A stretch of 64,000 bases of DNA from Salinispira sp. (GTDB lineage Bacteria; Spirochaetota; Spirochaetia; DSM-27196; Salinispiraceae), in the NCBI GenBank assembly GCA_965602015.1, contig OZ271918.1:2432001-2496000 (forward strand). Direction: 5' to 3'. Position 1 is the first letter of the stretch; the number at the start of each line of letters is the position of its first letter. The position numbers were made by a program, and so were the translations under genes. The notes under the pieces were generated by a model. That model was not told the DNA's origin. It did not search any database and worked only from the letters and a program-made list of their open reading frames with translations. This document shows positions 61,581 through 64,000 of the stretch, piece by piece.

Positions 61581-61811
61581 ATGAACGAAAGAATCGAAAT
61601 AAACCCTGTCATTTGCCATGGGAAACCGGTCATACGGGGAACACGTGTTCTCGTTTCAAATATTCTAGGCGAATTAGCCAGTGGTGCCGTTTTCGATGCA
61701 GTTATTGAGATTTATCCAAATATCAATGTAGAAGATATTCTTGCTGCACTTGAATTTTCCAGTGAACTTACGCAATTTGATACCATTTCTTATCAAGACT
61801 TGGCAGTATGA
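61581..61811 (+). CDS. DUF433 family antitoxin (VapB45-like)
   Basis: RIEINPVICHGKPVIRGTRV...YP....EDI.AAL is the DUF433 pattern. Confidence 0.92.
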   Translation: MNERIEINPVICHGKPVIRGTRVLVSNILGELASGAVFDAVIEIYPNINVEDILAALEFSSELTQFDTISYQDLAV

Positions 61812-62161
61812 AGTTTTTTCTTCATGAGAATTTTCCCAAATCAGCTATTCAGTTCCTGAATGAGCGAGGGCATAAATCCTTCGATATTCGTGGGACAGAG
61901 AATGAAGGCCTTGATGATTTCTCTATCTTTCAACTGGCGAAGGAAAAGTCAGCAATTTTCCTCACTTGTGACCGGGACTTTTTTCATACCATCCACCTGA
62001 CTGAAAAACCGCATTATGGAATCATTGTCATAACTCTTCGAAAGCCAAATGGAAAGGCTATAATCGATAAGCTGCTGTGGGTCATGGATCGCCTTGACCA
62101 TTTCAGCTTTACTGACGAATGCATTCTCTTGACAGATAATAATTGCACCATTTATCGCTAA
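61808..62161 (+). CDS. DUF5615 PIN-like toxin (VapC45-like)
   Basis: MKFFL(H)EN, LNERGH, GLDD..I, LTCDRDF, HYGII; ATGA coupling to the DUF433 gene. Confidence 0.88.
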   Translation: MKFFLHENFPKSAIQFLNERGHKSFDIRGTENEGLDDFSIFQLAKEKSAIFLTCDRDFFHTIHLTEKPHYGIIVITLRKPNGKAIIDKLLWVMDRLDHFSFTDECILLTDNNCTIYR

Positions 62162-62169
62162 CAGAAAGC

Positions 62170-62334
62170 AACCGCAGTCGTGCGGGAGCGCGGATTAGAA
62201 CCCGACGACCACGATTTCCTCGCCGGTCGACTTTTTATCGCTCCCCGTGCGGGAGCGCGGATTAAAACATGTACTGCGTTTTCTATACAAGCCCGCTATT
62301 AGATCGCTCCCTGTGGGAAAGCGATTTTTGCTGC
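62170..62334 (+). CRISPR. Orphan degenerate CRISPR mini-array, type I-C-like repeat, 2 spacers
   Basis: Intact repeat ATCGCTCCCCGTGCGGGAGCGCGGATTAAAAC (62237-62268). A 5'-eroded copy ends at 62201 (22/23 identity over its 3' part) and a 3'-eroded copy starts at 62303. Spacers are 35 and 34 nt. Confidence 0.85.
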
Positions 62335-62413
62335 TCTGTAGTTTTACTGGCGTAATCCAACCGTTCAGATATCTTAGCAACAGTTTTTATTCTGTTTATG
62401 GATTCCATAAATT

Positions 62414-63764
62414 GATCACGTCCAATAATGTTCGCAATTTAGAAAAGTAAAAGGAGCCACAATTCTCTCCGAAGGTTAAGTAGCGATACACAACCAGAAG
62501 GAGTAAGTAATCATGGCCCCAAAAAACTCTACCGCAGATTTCAAGAATCTGCTATCCCAATTCACCGGTGAATCCGATCCCTTGTTTGAGATGCTCAAAT
62601 GGACAACAGAGCAGCTTATGAAAATCGAAGTCGAATCCAAGGTCGGTGCCCCCAAAGGTCAGCACTCCCACAACCGGGCTACTCACTTTTCCGGAACACG
62701 GGTTCGCCGTTTTGATACCCGATTAGGTACCATGTATCTGGTGGTTCCAAAGCTCCGAAAGGGAGGGTATATCCCCTTCTTTGTCACCGAGAAGCGCCGG
62801 TCTGAGCAGGCGCTTCTTCAGGTTGTCCAGGAAGCATTCATTAACGGCGTTTCAACCCGGAAGATTGATCGTCTGGCAAAACAGCTGGGAATCGAGAATA
62901 TTTCCGCAAGCCAGGTTTCAGAAATCAACAAAGGTCTTGATGAACAGGTTGATACATTTCGCAATCGCCCCCTTGAAGCGGAGTACCCAGTAATCTGGAT
63001 AGACGCCCTGTATGAAAAGATCCGGGATGACGGGAGAGTCTACAATCATGCGGTTATGGTCGTGTGCGGCCTCAACAGGGCTGGAGAACGGGAAATCCTG
63101 GCCATAGAGCCCATGGATGCTGAAAATGAAGACAATTACCGGTTCCTGATCCAGAGGTTGAAGGAGCGTGGCCTTCGGTCCGTGTGGCTTGTGGTCTCAG
63201 ATGCGCATCTGGGATTGAAGAATGCTATCCAGAAAGAATTCCTTGGTTCCAGCTGGCAACGCTGCAAAGTACATTTCATGCGGAACGTGTTGGCAAAAGT
63301 GAGAGCCAAACACAAAGAGCATGTTGCCGCCCGTATCAAACATATCTGGCTTCAACCGGATGCCGGTACCGCACGGGAATATGCCAAACAGGTGATGGAT
63401 GATCTGGAATCGCAATTCCCTGAGGCGGTGGAAATCCTGGATAACGGACTTGAAGACTCACTCCAGTTCTATGAATTTCCAAAGCTCGATCATCGGAAGG
63501 TCGCTTCGACAAACATGCTGGAAAGACTGAACCGGGAGATCCGTCGGCGGTCGAAAGTCGTCGGGATTTTCCCATCTCAGGATTCTTACCTGAGATTGGT
63601 GACCTGTTTCCTGATTGAATACACGGAAGACTGGACAGCCGGCAAGGCCTATATTAAAAAGGAAATACTGGATGAGCAACGAGATCTCATCCCGAAAATA
63701 GCCGCTTAACCCGCTGGAGGAAGCTGGCTCCTACATGAAATTGCGAACTAATTTGGACACCATC
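62414..63764 (+). mobile_element. IS256-family insertion sequence with 8-bp target-site duplication
   Basis: Terminal inverted repeats 62414-62440 and 63738-63764 (20/27 identical), flanked by the direct repeat CATAAATT at 62406-62413 and 63765-63772. Confidence 0.93.
62513..63709 (+). CDS. IS256-family (mutator) DDE transposase
   Basis: GVSTRK, WIDALYEK, VSDAHLGL, WQRCKVHF, STNMLERLNREIRRR; intact 398 aa. Confidence 0.96.
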   Translation: MAPKNSTADFKNLLSQFTGESDPLFEMLKWTTEQLMKIEVESKVGAPKGQHSHNRATHFSGTRVRRFDTRLGTMYLVVPKLRKGGYIPFFVTEKRRSEQALLQVVQEAFINGVSTRKIDRLAKQLGIENISASQVSEINKGLDEQVDTFRNRPLEAEYPVIWIDALYEKIRDDGRVYNHAVMVVCGLNRAGEREILAIEPMDAENEDNYRFLIQRLKERGLRSVWLVVSDAHLGLKNAIQKEFLGSSWQRCKVHFMRNVLAKVRAKHKEHVAARIKHIWLQPDAGTAREYAKQVMDDLESQFPEAVEILDNGLEDSLQFYEFPKLDHRKVASTNMLERLNREIRRRSKVVGIFPSQDSYLRLVTCFLIEYTEDWTAGKAYIKKEILDEQRDLIPKIAA

Positions 63765-64000
63765 CATAAATTTACTGGAAATCCTTGGCCAAAGTAGAAT
63801 TTCTATAGATGCGATGTAATGCGAAAATGACACTTATTCATATTTATCCGAATTCTTTCTAAGAGCATACCATCAGCAGAGAACTCCTTTTGACCTAGGC
63901 TGCCCCGGTATATGACCCGTCCTAGAATACCGCGTTCTCGGCAAACTCAAATAGATGGGGAATAATCAGGGGGAATCGGTAAGGCCCGTCGGGAAGCTCG

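Noticed and set aside
62202..62302. Possible self-targeting of the TA promoter by the spacers (CACGATT, TTTCTATA matches near 61425 and 61525)
   Set aside because: Matches are only 7-8 nt with no evident PAM-adjacent seed; not significant by eye.
62195..62450. Small ORFs over the CRISPR remnant and IS left end
   Set aside because: They span repeats and IS termini and are most likely spurious.
1..64000. tRNA, rRNA, cas genes, prophage genes
   Set aside because: None recognised by eye; a tRNAscan-SE/Infernal run would be needed to exclude small RNAs formally.

Overview
Mostly core chromosome of a GC-rich bacterium, most plausibly a free-living spirochaete (Spirochaetaceae-like). That assignment is inferred from gene order: prfB-PEGA-ftsY-lolCDE-like, PAP2-rnfCD-GH57, short ParC, def-fmt-PASTA. 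Housekeeping content includes the suf operon start with an IscR/Rrf2-type operator, cdd, topA, def/fmt, icd, two RluA-family synthases, TrmH, parCE, mcsA-mcsB-clpC, a LolCDE-type ABC transporter, ftsY, frameshifted prfB, a GH57 protein, a divergent Rnf-like cluster, pcnB, pabBC, hisS and hrpA. The best candidate for an undescribed system is a coupled four-gene signalling operon (12331-17006). It encodes a single-domain receiver, a 70-aa His-less copy of the kinase's own DHp helix, a 5'-nucleotidase-fold lipoprotein that has lost its metal and catalytic ligands but kept its nucleotide-binding residues, and a HAMP histidine kinase with a large insertion inside its DHp domain. The last 2.7 kb is a more AT-rich accessory patch: a DUF433/DUF5615 toxin-antitoxin pair with integron-cassette-like ends, an orphan 2-spacer type I-C-like CRISPR mini-array, and an intact IS256 element with an 8-bp target duplication. 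Also seen: a candidate anti-Shine-Dalgarno sRNA after topA, a likely CTG start for mcsA, and several apparent pseudoenzymes. All calls come from motif reading by eye; no searches were run.
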